This document shows positions 54,618-64,000 of a DNA stretch of 64,000 nt, in pieces. A program made the position numbers and the translations under genes. The stretch is from a virus (Duplodnaviria > Caudoviricetes), in the IMG/VR virus record IMGVR_UViG_2816332591_000002, positions 1,375 through 65,374 of that record. One strand, written 5' to 3'. Position 1 is the stretch's first letter; the number at the start of each line of letters is the position of its first letter. The notes under the pieces were generated by a model. The model ran no database searches, was not told the DNA's origin, and was given only the letters and a program-made list of their open reading frames with translations.

Positions 54618-54952
54618 TGGCCGGCCGCCTTCGGGACGGCGCGGTCGAAGGAGCAGGGGATGCAGTCGGGGTGTCCGCAGTCGGTGCTGTGCTGGTGCTC
54701 GACGGCGCGGTTCCAGGCGTAGCCGTGGTGCAGGACGACGGCGTGCAGGACGGGCGTGTACTGGCTGGGGTCCTGCAGCCGAAGGTCGGCGAAGCAGGCG
54801 TTGTGCGCGGCAGCGTCTTCGAGAGCTTCGGCGAGGCTGTCGTGGGGGTGGATGTCATCGATGCCGAGGATCCACACGGCCCACTCCTGCTCCGCGTAGC
54901 CGACGCGCTGCCGGTCGGGGCCGAAGAGGCGGGTACGGGTGCTGGTGTTCAT
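54614..54952 (-). CDS. Hypothetical protein
   Basis: 112 aa, coupled. Confidence 0.6.
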   Translation of the reverse strand: MNTSTRTRLFGPDRQRVGYAEQEWAVWILGIDDIHPHDSLAEALEDAAAHNACFADLRLQDPSQYTPVLHAVVLHHGYAWNRAVEHQHSTDCGHPDCIPCSFDRAVPKAAGQ

Positions 54953-55027
54953 GTGACCTGCTTTCGGGTGTGGGGTGCCTGGCCGCCCGCGGCGGGAAGA
55001 GTGCGGGCGGCCGGCGGGGTGGGTGAC

Positions 55028-55225
55028 TCAGAAGAGGTCGAGCGCCTCGGGCGGCGGGTAGAGGCGGGTCAGCTGGTGGCGGCTGGTGACGTCGTCCCAG
55101 GTGTGGGGGCCGTCGCGGCTGCCGTCGTTGTTGATCCGGTACAGGCGCGGGCCGTCTGGGTCGAGGGCGAGGACCCACTTGCTGCCCAGTTCGTCACGGA
55201 AGCGGGCGAGGTCGTCGGGGTTCAT
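55028..55225 (-). CDS. Hypothetical protein
   Basis: 65 aa, ATGA-coupled to dnaN. Confidence 0.55.
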   Translation of the reverse strand: MNPDDLARFRDELGSKWVLALDPDGPRLYRINNDGSRDGPHTWDDVTSRHQLTRLYPPPEALDLF

Positions 55226-56340
55226 GTCTTGGCTGCCTTGGCGGGGTCGCGGACGGGCACGACGAGGTACTGGTAGGTGGGGTGGTTGATGTCGGCGTGG
55301 ATCAGTGCCGGGCGGGCGTGGGTGGTCAGGTCGATGGCGACGTCGCCGTCGATCGGGGCGAGCCCGTCGAGGAGGTAGCGCGGGTTGAAGGCGACGTCGA
55401 AGGTGTCGGCGCCGTCCAGGCGGCAGTCGATGCGCGCCGCGCCAGTGGCTCTGGGGTTGCGCAGGGCCTGCAGGGTCATGTGGTCGCGGACGATGGCCAG
55501 TTCGACGGCCTGGTCGCCTTCGAGGAGGAGGCTGATGCGTTTGACGGTCGCGGCGAGTTCGTCGGCGTCGCAGGTGACGGTGGCCGTGTATTCCGTGGGG
55601 AAGGCGGCGTCGGCGTTGGGAAACTTGTCGACCGACAGGAGGCGGCTGACGGAGGTGCGGCGCCCGGCCTGGATGCCGGCGGCCCGCCCGGTCAGCGCCA
55701 GGTCGACGTGGTCGGCGCTGCCGGCGGTCTTGGCGATGTCGACGAGGGCCCGCCCGGGCAGCAGCGCGGTCACAGCATCGTCGGCGGGCTGCCAGGGGAT
55801 GCGCTGGACGGCGACCCGGTAGCGGTCGGTGGCGGTGAAGGTCAGGTGCCCGTCGGTTTCGGGCCGGATGCGGATGCCGCCGAGTTCCGGCAGGGCGGCC
55901 ACCGCGGCGTCCACGGCCACGGCGACGTTGGCGACGGCGCTGGCGAACAGGATGGCCGGCACGGTGCCGGAGATGGGTGGCATGGGCGGCAGTGCCGGAT
56001 ACGCGGCGGTGTCCAGTAGGCCGAGGCGGAAGGTGTTGGCGCCGCCGACCACATCGACGCCGGACTCATCGCCCGCCAGATCGACTGGTACCGGCGGCAG
56101 CGCGCCCACAATGTCGGCGAAGATCTTGCCGGAGACTGCGGCCCGTCCCGGCGTGAGCACGTGCGCATCGACGGTCACCGACGCGGCGGTCTCCACCGAG
56201 TTGTAGGCCACCGTCAGCGCGTCGCCATCGGCGTCCAGCAGCACGGCCAGCGCGGTCGGATCGGCGGCCGACGGCGGAATGTGGCGGGCGACCCAGCGGG
56301 CCGCCTCAGCCAGCTCCGCCTGCTCTACGGTGAGTTTCAC
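55222..56340 (-). CDS. dnaN: DNA polymerase III beta sliding clamp (phage copy)
   Basis: YPALP, ATDRYRVA, SRLL..KFP, AFNPRYLLDGL, YLVVPVR. Confidence 0.9.
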   Translation of the reverse strand: MKLTVEQAELAEAARWVARHIPPSAADPTALAVLLDADGDALTVAYNSVETAASVTVDAHVLTPGRAAVSGKIFADIVGALPPVPVDLAGDESGVDVVGGANTFRLGLLDTAAYPALPPMPPISGTVPAILFASAVANVAVAVDAAVAALPELGGIRIRPETDGHLTFTATDRYRVAVQRIPWQPADDAVTALLPGRALVDIAKTAGSADHVDLALTGRAAGIQAGRRTSVSRLLSVDKFPNADAAFPTEYTATVTCDADELAATVKRISLLLEGDQAVELAIVRDHMTLQALRNPRATGAARIDCRLDGADTFDVAFNPRYLLDGLAPIDGDVAIDLTTHARPALIHADINHPTYQYLVVPVRDPAKAAKT

Positions 56341-57539
56341 GACGCCTCCTCCCATCCGGCGCGCAGGGTGCGGTGCTGCTGTTCGGTGATGAGGCCGGCA
56401 GCCAGCCAGTCGTCTTCCAGCGAGCCCTGGACGGGTCCGTCGCCGATGCACTTCGCGCAGGCCGGCGCGGGCACGATCTCTTCCGGGCCGGCGGGCTGCG
56501 GGTTGAAGTCGGCGGGCGGCGGGGTGCCCCATTTCCAGGCGGCGATGCCGGCGTCCCTCACGGTCTGCTGGTCCCGGCGGATCCGCTCGGCGACCTCCGG
56601 GTAGAAGAAGCCGATCTCGTCGAGCTCGTTCGGCTTCGCATAGCAGCCGCAGGTGCAGTCGCCGGACATGTGCAGGTTCGCGGTGACCTCGTTCAGCGGC
56701 AGCGCCTGCTCGAAGCACATGCGGTGCGGCTCGTGCCGGTGGACCTTGTGGCAGCGCCAGCGGGCCCGGTATTCGCGCATGTGGGCGTTGGTCCAGTGCA
56801 CGAGCGCCGACACCCACACGATGCCGCCCCTCGGCCCGATCTCCTCGGCGTTACGGAACCGCTTGTCGGATTCATCCCAGCGCATCCCGGCGACGTACAG
56901 CACCTTCTTACGGGCACCGTCCGTGCCGACGTACTGCTTGCGCAGCGCCTGCAGCGGCTGGTCCTTGAGCCGCATGTACATCACGTTGTGCGGCTGGCCG
57001 CCTCCGCCCGGCCCGGGAAAGCCGCGCCACACCGACCGGCCGACGTTCGGCGGCCGGGTCGAGCGGACGTTGCCGAGGATCAGGTCGAGGTAGGTGACGC
57101 GCGGGTGCAGCTCCAGCAGCGTCGTGGACCACCTCGCGGCGACCTCACGCACGTGCTGGGTGGTCTGCGGGATGGCGATGCCGGTGTTGACGTGCACCAT
57201 GCCCTGGAAGTGGTGGCGGTGCTGCGGCCGGTCGGCGAGGTAGCGGCGCAGCATGTGCGTCAGCACGACCGAGTCGTTGCCGCCCGAGTACAGGCCGAAC
57301 AGGCCAGCGAGTTCGCGCGGGCCGTGGTTCTGTACGCGCCCGCTGCTGCTCTCGGTGATCGCCTCACCGGTGCTGTACTGGACGATGACCTGGTCGAGGA
57401 GGTCGAAGGTGCGCTGTTCGGCCTCCTCCAGGGTGCGGGCCTTCCACGCTTCGTCGTCGGATGCCTTCGGCGGCTTCTTCTCCAGGCCGTCGGGCATGCC
57501 GGGCAGCATGCCTCCGCCGTCGCGGGCCTTCGACCTCAC
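56337..57539 (-). CDS. PAPS-reductase-family protein
   Basis: YSGGNDS PP-loop, NTGI, GMRWDES..R, SGDCTCG; start uncertain. Confidence 0.85.
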   Translation of the reverse strand: MRSKARDGGGMLPGMPDGLEKKPPKASDDEAWKARTLEEAEQRTFDLLDQVIVQYSTGEAITESSSGRVQNHGPRELAGLFGLYSGGNDSVVLTHMLRRYLADRPQHRHHFQGMVHVNTGIAIPQTTQHVREVAARWSTTLLELHPRVTYLDLILGNVRSTRPPNVGRSVWRGFPGPGGGGQPHNVMYMRLKDQPLQALRKQYVGTDGARKKVLYVAGMRWDESDKRFRNAEEIGPRGGIVWVSALVHWTNAHMREYRARWRCHKVHRHEPHRMCFEQALPLNEVTANLHMSGDCTCGCYAKPNELDEIGFFYPEVAERIRRDQQTVRDAGIAAWKWGTPPPADFNPQPAGPEEIVPAPACAKCIGDGPVQGSLEDDWLAAGLITEQQHRTLRAGWEEAS

Positions 57540-57996
57540 TGGACGTCTCCGTCCTCGTCGAACGGCAGCGTCTCCGCCTGCGGCGCGGCCTCGGGCGTCT
57601 CAGGCTGCTCGGCGGACGGCCAGGCGGACAGGCGGCCGGTGCCGGTGACGGCGGACGGGGGGAACAGTTCAAGCTGGGTGTGCTGCATGCTGGTCTCCAT
57701 GGGGTTGGTCGCCGGGCGGGCCGGGCTGGTCACGGCCCTCCCGGCGGGTCAGGCGGCGCCGGGCTCGTAGACGGCGAGGCGCTGACGGGCGGCCCGCAGG
57801 TCTTCGAGGGCGCCGGAGTAGTCGATGGCCGCGCGGTCGAAGTCGGCCTCCAGTCGGGCGCGTTCGGCCCGCAGCCGGTCGTTCTCGGCGGTGAGCCGCA
57901 CGACGGTGCACACCAGGTCGTCGCACTCGGCGCGCAACTGCGCCGGGGTCTTGCCGCGGTGCCGGGCCCGGGAGCGGACGGCGGCGAGCGGGGACC

Positions 57997-58410
57997 TCAT
58001 GCCGCCACCTCCAGTACGGCGGCCATGTGACGCAGCAGGCCAGCAGAGTCGCAGCGGCAGACCACGCCGACCTCCGGGGAATCGCTGTGGTCGGGGCACG
58101 CGGCCTCGAAGCGGCCAGCAGCTTCACGCAGGGCCCTGGCGTCGCCGCAGCGGAGCCGGTCCCGCAGCCGCGCCACTTCGTTCTCCAGCTCGACGGCGAT
58201 GCGCCGGGCCTGCTCCAGCTGGGCTCGCAGCTCCTGCTGCTCCTTGTCCGCGACGGCCTTCGCGGCGTCGGCCAGCACGTCACCGAGGTCGGGGACGACG
58301 GGCTGCTGCTCCTCGTACACCCGCCACGCGTCGCGAAGGGCGGTGAAGTACTCCCTGAGCCGCTTGTGGTCCTGTGTGAGAAGGTCGTCTGTGAGGAGGT
58401 CGTCAGCCAC
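57997..58410 (-). CDS. Hypothetical coiled-coil protein
   Basis: ARRIAVELENE motif; coupled. Confidence 0.6.
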   Translation of the reverse strand: MADDLLTDDLLTQDHKRLREYFTALRDAWRVYEEQQPVVPDLGDVLADAAKAVADKEQQELRAQLEQARRIAVELENEVARLRDRLRCGDARALREAAGRFEAACPDHSDSPEVGVVCRCDSAGLLRHMAAVLEVAA

Positions 58411-58966
58411 GGCGCGCCTCCAGCTCGCTCACCCGCTGCTGAATGCGGCCGAGGTTCGCGGCGAACGTCTCCTCGGGGTTGTCGACGACGGAGGCGAGCG
58501 CGGTCAGCGCGGTGATGGCCACGTCGCACAGCTCATCGGCGACGTCCTCAAGGCTGTGCGTCACGCCCTTGCGGGGGTTCTGGCCGGTCATGCCGATGAC
58601 CGCCTTGGCAACCTCCCCCATCTCCTCGCTGACCTTCAGGATGCGGAGGGTCTTCTCGTGCTCGCTGCGGCCGTTCGACTCGTCCAGCCAGGCCGCGAAG
58701 CCATGGATCGCGGGCCACAGGTCGACGGCCGGTTCTTCGGCATCGGCCTCGATGCGGTCCTGGCAGTCCGGGCACAGCCCGGTGATGCGCCACTCCGCCT
58801 CGTACTGGCCGGCCTCGTCCTCGTTCCAGAAGACTCGGACCGTACCGTCTTCGCTGATCAGCGGCTTGCCGCAGCCGATCGGCGGCTTGAGGCAGCGTTC
58901 CTCGCGCACCGCGTCCGCGGGCAGGTCGCCACCGGAGAGGGTGGCCAGGATGTCGGGAATGCTCAT
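58403..58966 (-). CDS. MazG-like protein with N-terminal Zn finger
   Basis: LKVSEEMGEVAKAVIG..GQNPRKG...DELCDV. Confidence 0.85.
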   Translation of the reverse strand: MSIPDILATLSGGDLPADAVREERCLKPPIGCGKPLISEDGTVRVFWNEDEAGQYEAEWRITGLCPDCQDRIEADAEEPAVDLWPAIHGFAAWLDESNGRSEHEKTLRILKVSEEMGEVAKAVIGMTGQNPRKGVTHSLEDVADELCDVAITALTALASVVDNPEETFAANLGRIQQRVSELEARRG

Positions 58967-59244
58967 GCCGCCACCTCGCCTGTCACGTCGATGTGGGTGA
59001 GGCAGATGCCGCCCGCGTAGCCCTCGACCGAGACGACGGCCGCGCCGTGGCCGAGCGTCCAGGCCGGGGTGCGGGTCACGGTCACCAGCCGCGTGCAAGG
59101 GTCGGAGTCATCCGGGGCGACGTAGCCGCCGGACTCCTGCCGCTCGCGGACCGCCACGGCGAGCGGATGCTCCGGGCGGACGCAGGGGTACGCGATGACG
59201 GGCGTACCGACGGGGTATCGCTTGTTCCACTGCTCGGCGTTCAT
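58963..59244 (-). CDS. Conserved phage protein (WN..YPVGTPV)
   Basis: Recurrent phage motif TRTPAW.LG...VV.V.GYAG. Confidence 0.7.
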   Translation of the reverse strand: MNAEQWNKRYPVGTPVIAYPCVRPEHPLAVAVRERQESGGYVAPDDSDPCTRLVTVTRTPAWTLGHGAAVVSVEGYAGGICLTHIDVTGEVAA

Positions 59245-59247
59245 GGC

Positions 59248-59490
59248 TCAGTCCTCGTCGCAGTAGTCGTGGGTGTGGGCGCGGCCGGTCTTGTGCGGCT
59301 TCTTCGCCTTCGGCTTGGCGGCCTTGCTGCGGGAACCCCGCGCGCCGGGGCCGGGCTTGAGCGGTGCGGACACCGCCGTCGGGGCCGCGGCCAGGTCGTC
59401 GCAGTCGTCGTCCTGGTCGGTGCACGCCGTCAGCGCGGACGCGGCCAGCGGCAGCGCGACGAACGTGGCGGTGGTGCGGAGCCGGTTCAC
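59248..59490 (-). CDS. Small lipoprotein
   Basis: Signal peptide with lipobox ALTAC. Confidence 0.6.
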   Translation of the reverse strand: MNRLRTTATFVALPLAASALTACTDQDDDCDDLAAAPTAVSAPLKPGPGARGSRSKAAKPKAKKPHKTGRAHTHDYCDED

Positions 59491-59680
59491 TGGTTCCCCC
59501 CGTTGTGTCGCGGCCCGTGCTGGAGCCGCCAGTTGGTGTGGTCGGCCTGCTGCTGCTCGACGGTGCGGCGGGCCGCGTCGCGCTCGTGCGTCAGGTCGTC
59601 GACCTGCTGCTGCAGCCGGGCGATCTGCGCGGTGCAGGCCAGGGCCAGCAGCAGGCACAGGGCGTAGGCGTCGGCGGCGG

Positions 59681-60055
59681 TCATGAGGCACCGCCGTTCG
59701 CGAGCTTCAACAGCACTGCGGCGTGGCAGTGATCGGGCTGGCCCGGCTGCGGGAGCGGGCAGGTGCAGGCGAGGTCCTTGCCGCGCAGCAGGTGCAGGTC
59801 GGCGAGGATGCGGCGCCGGTCGAAGACCTGCTTGCCGATGCGGTAGGTCTGCTCGTACCAGCCGCCCGCGGTACCGACGCGCAGCCACTCGGCGAAGTTC
59901 ACCGTGACCGCGCTGCGCGGCTCACCCATCCCGGCCTCGATCGCGTCCTTGATCGTGAAGGGGTTGCCGAACCGGGACGGCCGACTGACGACCACGCAGT
60001 TGGTCGGCTTGCGCCAGCCCTCGGCGCGCCGGAGCTGGATGCGGGTCGGGGTCAC
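59681..60055 (-). CDS. DUF4326 family protein
   Basis: RPSRFGNPF, LRGKDLAC.C, CHAAVLL.LAN. Confidence 0.85.
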   Translation of the reverse strand: MTPTRIQLRRAEGWRKPTNCVVVSRPSRFGNPFTIKDAIEAGMGEPRSAVTVNFAEWLRVGTAGGWYEQTYRIGKQVFDRRRILADLHLLRGKDLACTCPLPQPGQPDHCHAAVLLKLANGGAS

Positions 60056-60574
60056 GCGGCCCTCACCTCCGCCAGGGCCGGGGCCCACAGCTGCACGACC
60101 GCCTCCGGCTCGGGGCGCGGCTTGCCGTGCTCCGGCTCCGGCCACGTGAAGACGACCGCGATGCGGGCCGGGTCGTCGACGTACAGGTGGCGCTCGCCCC
60201 GGTCCTCGCCGAACAGCTTCAGCGCCGCCATCGCGTCGTCCGGATTTGCCGTCGCCAGCTCGCCGTAGAACACCGGCAAGCCATCAGGCATCGACCCGAT
60301 CTCCCAACCGCAGGTGTCCGGGAGGCGGGTCTGCTCCTCCGCCAGGTCGCGGAAAACCCGGGCCGCCACCGCCACCAGACGTGCTTCGCGGGTCACGACG
60401 CACCTCCGCAGGTCCAGCCGGGGTAGTCGGCGGCGGTGCTGCAGCACTCGGGGTGCTCGACAGCCAGCCGGGCGAACGCGGCATCGGCGGGGTCGAGCAT
60501 GTGGTCCATCTCGCATGCCGGTGTGCACTTCGCGGCGGGGGCCTCGACCGCGGGGCGCGGGGTCGTCATCGCCA

Positions 60575-61072
60575 TCACCGCACCTCCGTCCACGAACCGC
60601 GGTGCACGGTGCGCTGCACCAGCACGGCGTCCTTGCCGCTGCTGCGGTACAGGTCACGCCGGAAAGTGGGGGCGTCGGGGGTGAAGTCCTGGTCGCTGAT
60701 CTCGTCCCGGTCATGGCAGTGGCAGGTGCCGACGGGGAGCAGGACCCCGTACTCGGTGGCCTCGTCGGAGGTCAGGGCCGCCAGCGCCTTGGCCTTCTCA
60801 CGGTGCAGGTCCTCGCCGAGCCGGACGTATTCGACGCGCAGGCGGTCGACCTCACGGGACGGCGAGGTGTCGGCGATCGCCGTGCTCGCCTCGCGATGCG
60901 CCCGCTCCAGCAGGACAGTCAGCTTGGCGAGCCGGATCCGCAGCCGGTCGACCTCGGCGGCCAGCTCACGCCCGGCCGCACGCAGCTTGGGGGTGGAGGC
61001 GGCCGAGTCGCACAGCAGCTCGTTGATCTCGGCGCGGCGGCCGGGGGGCAGTTCAGGCATCGTCGCCACCAC
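60575..61072 (-). CDS. Hypothetical coiled-coil protein
   Basis: EVDRLR repeats; coupled early gene. Confidence 0.55.
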   Translation of the reverse strand: MVATMPELPPGRRAEINELLCDSAASTPKLRAAGRELAAEVDRLRIRLAKLTVLLERAHREASTAIADTSPSREVDRLRVEYVRLGEDLHREKAKALAALTSDEATEYGVLLPVGTCHCHDRDEISDQDFTPDAPTFRRDLYRSSGKDAVLVQRTVHRGSWTEVR

Positions 61073-61530
61073 CCTCGGCGGCCATGCGGCGTACCTCGTC
61101 CGTGGCCCACTGCACCCCGCTGTTGAACCGGTCGGCGTAGTCGTCCAGAGGTTCAGCGGCGTCCACCGCGTCAGCGGCCTCGCGCAGCACCTCGGCGCGG
61201 AAGGCGGCGGCCAGTCGCTCCGCCTTCGCGAACCCCTGCTCGTTCGGCAGGGCAGCCAAGCAGAAGCCGATCAGCTCGTCGCGGGCGCTCATGCCGCACC
61301 TCGCACAACCAGCGACCCGCGAGCGGGCACCGTGGCCAGCACCTTGTTGGCGCGGGCGATCTGAGCCTGCTGGTGCTGCCGGGCCTCCTCGAAGCGCGGG
61401 CCGGTGCACAGGTACAGCGCGTCTACCGCATCCGCCTGCAGGCGCACAGCGTCCGTCACGTACTGCGGGAGACGGCGGGCCTTGAAGGCGGTCACCGCGT
61501 CGGGAACCGGGACGGGGATCGGGTTCGCGT

Positions 61531-62388
61531 TCACGCCGCACCCCCGAGCTGCCCCTGCGACGGGTAGCGGTCCGCGTAGAAGCGGGCCCACGTCTCCTCG
61601 AACACCGGCAGGTCACGGCGGGTCCACGCATACGTCTCACGGATGCTGCCGTTGGGCAGATCCGTCTGCCGCTTCCCCGGCTTGCTCCCGTGCCGCTCCT
61701 CGTACAGCGCCGCGGCGCGCCGGCCGAACCAGGACTGCACCGACTCGATGTCCTTGCGCTTCAGGCCCTTGGACTTCAGGAAGTCCGGGACGTACAGGGG
61801 CGTGTCCTGCGGGCTGGTCTCCGGCTCCTCGCCGAGCGCCTTCGCCGCGACCAGCCGGGCCTTCGTCTCCAGCCACGCCGCATCAACGATGCCCTCCGCC
61901 GCCTTCAGCACCCGCATCCGGGCCTCGGCCAAGACCACGCCCTCGGCGGCCTCCGAGCGGGCCTCCGGTGCCGCGGCCTCCTCCACCTCCAGCAGGTAGG
62001 TGCGAACCCGGCGGGCGACTTCCGACTCGGTCAGCAGCTGGCCGACGTTCAGGATCGCGCGGCGGGACAGGACGGTCAGCGACCGAGCCTTCGGATTTGC
62101 GTCCGTCAGGTTGACGGAGACAAACGCCCGGTACTCCTCGCCGCGCAGCACCCGCAGGCCGTTGTCGGCGAGCTCGTCGCGGTTGCGGCGGATGACGCTC
62201 TCGATGGCGTCGACGTCGACCTCGAAGTAGGAGGCGACGGAGGGGATGTCGGCGTGCACGCCGTCCGGCAGCAGCGCCAGCGCCTTCACCTTGTCGAGCA
62301 CATCGACGCGGCCGGCGGTCTGCGCCCGCATCGTGCGGGACTCGGTCAAGACCAGCTCACCCGGCCGGTCTGGGATCATGTGGGACAC
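61531..62388 (-). CDS. Antirepressor-like DNA-binding protein
   Basis: VLDKVKAL, VASYFEV, RNRDEL, ILNVGQLLTESEVARRVRTYLL; first gene after Cro/Xis. Confidence 0.65.
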   Translation of the reverse strand: MSHMIPDRPGELVLTESRTMRAQTAGRVDVLDKVKALALLPDGVHADIPSVASYFEVDVDAIESVIRRNRDELADNGLRVLRGEEYRAFVSVNLTDANPKARSLTVLSRRAILNVGQLLTESEVARRVRTYLLEVEEAAAPEARSEAAEGVVLAEARMRVLKAAEGIVDAAWLETKARLVAAKALGEEPETSPQDTPLYVPDFLKSKGLKRKDIESVQSWFGRRAAALYEERHGSKPGKRQTDLPNGSIRETYAWTRRDLPVFEETWARFYADRYPSQGQLGGAA

Positions 62389-62493
62389 GGGGTCCTCTTC
62401 TCTCTCGCAGGTTGGATGCGTGCAGAGGGGTGGATCTCGAAGGCCCCGGCTGCCGGTGACTCGCCAGAAACCGGCGGTTGGGGCCGCATGCCG

Positions 62494-62809
62494 CTAGGCG
62501 GCGGCCTTGACGGGTCGGGCGGCGGCCTTCTTGCGCGGTCGACGGACGACGCCCGGCTTGGCCGGCACGCGGTGCAGGCGGCGGATCTCGCGGCAGTCCT
62601 CAAGGCTGAACTTCAGGAACTTGCCGAGGCGGGTGTGAGGCAGGCCGCCATGGATAGCCCCGTCGCGAAGCCAGCGCTCACCACATCCGATGATCTTTGC
62701 CGCCGGGCCGACGTTGAACAGCGGCTCTTCCTCATCCAGTCGAGCCTTGGCGGCCTCTACGAGTACCGCTTCATCAGCAGCGATGGTGGGGGGTGTCTTG
62801 CTGGGCATG
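62494..62809 (-). CDS. Xis-like HTH DNA-binding protein
   Basis: AAKIIGCGERWLRD...LPHTRLGK..KFS. Confidence 0.7.
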
Positions 62810-63052
62810 TCACCTCTTCTCTGTGGACTCCTCCTGTGCGAGGAGCTGATCGTCGGTAGCGCCGAGGTAGTTGCGGAGCGGTGCATAGGTGTCCGGTCTC
62901 ATGCGCCGCCGGGTGCCGGTCTCCAGCCGCTGGAGGTAGCTGCGGCTGATACCGGCCGCCCGGGCGGTCTCCCGGAGCGCGAGCCCTTGGCGCATGCGGA
63001 TGGCTCGTATTGCCGCCCCGTTCACCTGGTAGGTGGCTGGGGGTGGTTCCAT
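62810..63052 (-). CDS. Cro-like XRE repressor
   Basis: IRAIRMRQGL...TARAAGISRSYLQRLETG; divergent from CI. Confidence 0.85.
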   Translation of the reverse strand: MEPPPATYQVNGAAIRAIRMRQGLALRETARAAGISRSYLQRLETGTRRRMRPDTYAPLRNYLGATDDQLLAQEESTEKR

Positions 63053-63054
63053 GA

Positions 63055-63196
63055 CGAGAATGTAGCCGCTTCTTCTAGCTGTTTCTAGTAGTACATGGCA
63101 GTAACTTGCACTCGGTCGACTAGCCAGGCAAGGAGGGCGTCAAGAAACGAGACAGCTTCCGGCTGTTCCTAGCTGTTCCTGGCAGGTGCTGCGAAG
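63055..63196. promoter_or_regulatory. Lysis/lysogeny switch region with operator-like repeats
   Basis: CTAGCTGTT at 63075 and 63169; tandem GCTGTTCCT at 63162 and 63172; AT-richer. Confidence 0.6.
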
Positions 63197-63652
63197 ATGA
63201 GAGCCATGGCCGCCCCCCAAGACCGCGCAGCCCTCCAGCGACTAGCCCGCCTGGTCGCCGAGCGGCGCACGCAACTCGGCATGCACAAGATCGACGTGGC
63301 ACGCGCTGCGGAAACTACGATCACGACATACAGAAAGATCGAATCGGGTGAGCCCGTCAGGGACGTCACCTACGGCAAGATCGAACCGGTACTCAATTGG
63401 GCACCCGGCACCTGCCGCGACATCCTCGACGGAGCCGTCGGCGCGACCGCCGTAGAGCGATCCCCCGCAGCCAGCTACGTCTACTCTCCTGTGACGGCCG
63501 ATGACCTTCAGGGCGACTTCGAGGACTCCGTCCAGGAGGCGCTCATCGCCGTCGCGGACGGCTTGACGTCCGCCGAGATCCGCAAGATCAAGCAGCAGGC
63601 GGTCGAGGCGCTGCGGCGTCGCGGCCGCCTACCTGCACCTGATGACAATTGA
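63197..63652 (+). CDS. CI-like immunity repressor
   Basis: RRTQLGMHKIDVARAAETTITTYRKIESG XRE HTH; L.WAPG motif. Confidence 0.85.
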   Translation: MRAMAAPQDRAALQRLARLVAERRTQLGMHKIDVARAAETTITTYRKIESGEPVRDVTYGKIEPVLNWAPGTCRDILDGAVGATAVERSPAASYVYSPVTADDLQGDFEDSVQEALIAVADGLTSAEIRKIKQQAVEALRRRGRLPAPDDN

Positions 63653-63799
63653 TCGCAACTGTCGTACAACCTTTGCGTTTTACCGTTTCGTAACCACTGA
63701 AGTCACAGACGCACCGGCCAATCTCGGTCACAAAATCCGTTGAACGTGACACCATCGGTAGCCACTTGGGAGGTCCCTCGTCCCGATCAAGGGGGGACC

Positions 63800-64000
63800 A
63801 TGCACGACCGGATGGTGACGGCTGACCTGGGCCCCGGCTTCGCAGCCCTGCGAGGCCGGGTGAACGGCGAGTTGGTATGCCTGGTGACGCCACGAGTCAC
63901 ACACGACGAGGAAACGCGCAAAGCAGTCCGCGGCCTGATCAAGCGCCAGGGAGGCGACTGCGCCTCCTGCCGCGGCTGCATCATAGGAACGAGCGAGTAG
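63800..64000 (+). CDS. Small hypothetical protein downstream of the repressor
   Basis: MHDRMVTADLGPGF...C..C..C with AAGGGGG RBS. Confidence 0.55.
   Translation: MHDRMVTADLGPGFAALRGRVNGELVCLVTPRVTHDEETRKAVRGLIKRQGGDCASCRGCIIGTSE

Larger units (their letters stand above)
124..63652 (-). mobile_element. Temperate siphovirus prophage/phage genome (Streptomyces-type); ends not visible
   Basis: Co-oriented terminase-portal-capsid-tail-lysis gene order, a replication module and a divergent CI/Cro pair; no integrase or att site seen in the window. Confidence 0.95.

Noticed and set aside
1-64000. tRNA, rRNA, integrase/att sites, reverse transcriptase (DGR or retron)
   Set aside because: No cloverleaf, rRNA-like stretch, recombinase motif or RT motif was recognised by eye; tRNAscan and HMM searches would be needed to exclude them formally

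Overview
High-GC actinobacterial DNA (Streptomyces-like) holding nearly a whole temperate siphovirus (pro)phage, almost entirely on the minus strand. Read from right to left: CI/Cro immunity switch (62.5-63.7 kb); early and replication genes (antirepressor-like, MazG, PAPS-reductase family, DnaN clamp, YqaJ exonuclease plus AAA recombinase, WhiB, Prim-Pol/helicase with an iteron-rich origin, intein-containing helicase, RuvC); an accessory block at 28.2-43.4 kb; then head, tail and lysis genes (0.1-27.8 kb). No integrase is visible; it may lie beyond the right edge. The main finding is in the accessory block: an apparently complete Streptomyces plasmid/AICE-type conjugation module (TraB FtsK/SpoIIIE translocase with an adjacent 8-mer clt-like repeat locus, DUF2637/Spd-like membrane proteins, KilB-like protein, orphan PycTM-like protein, a divergent HTH regulator and two Nudix genes reminiscent of pSAM2 Pif). 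It has no integrase or rep gene of its own, which suggests a phage able to spread both by virions and by hyphal conjugation. Other points of interest: an array of micro-ORFs punctuated by repeated hairpins, a closticin-574-like bacteriocin/immunity pair, a glycosyltransferase coupled to the capsid gene, and a terminase split by a -1 frameshift at a slippery heptamer in its Walker A motif. All family calls come from motif recognition by eye; no database searches were run.
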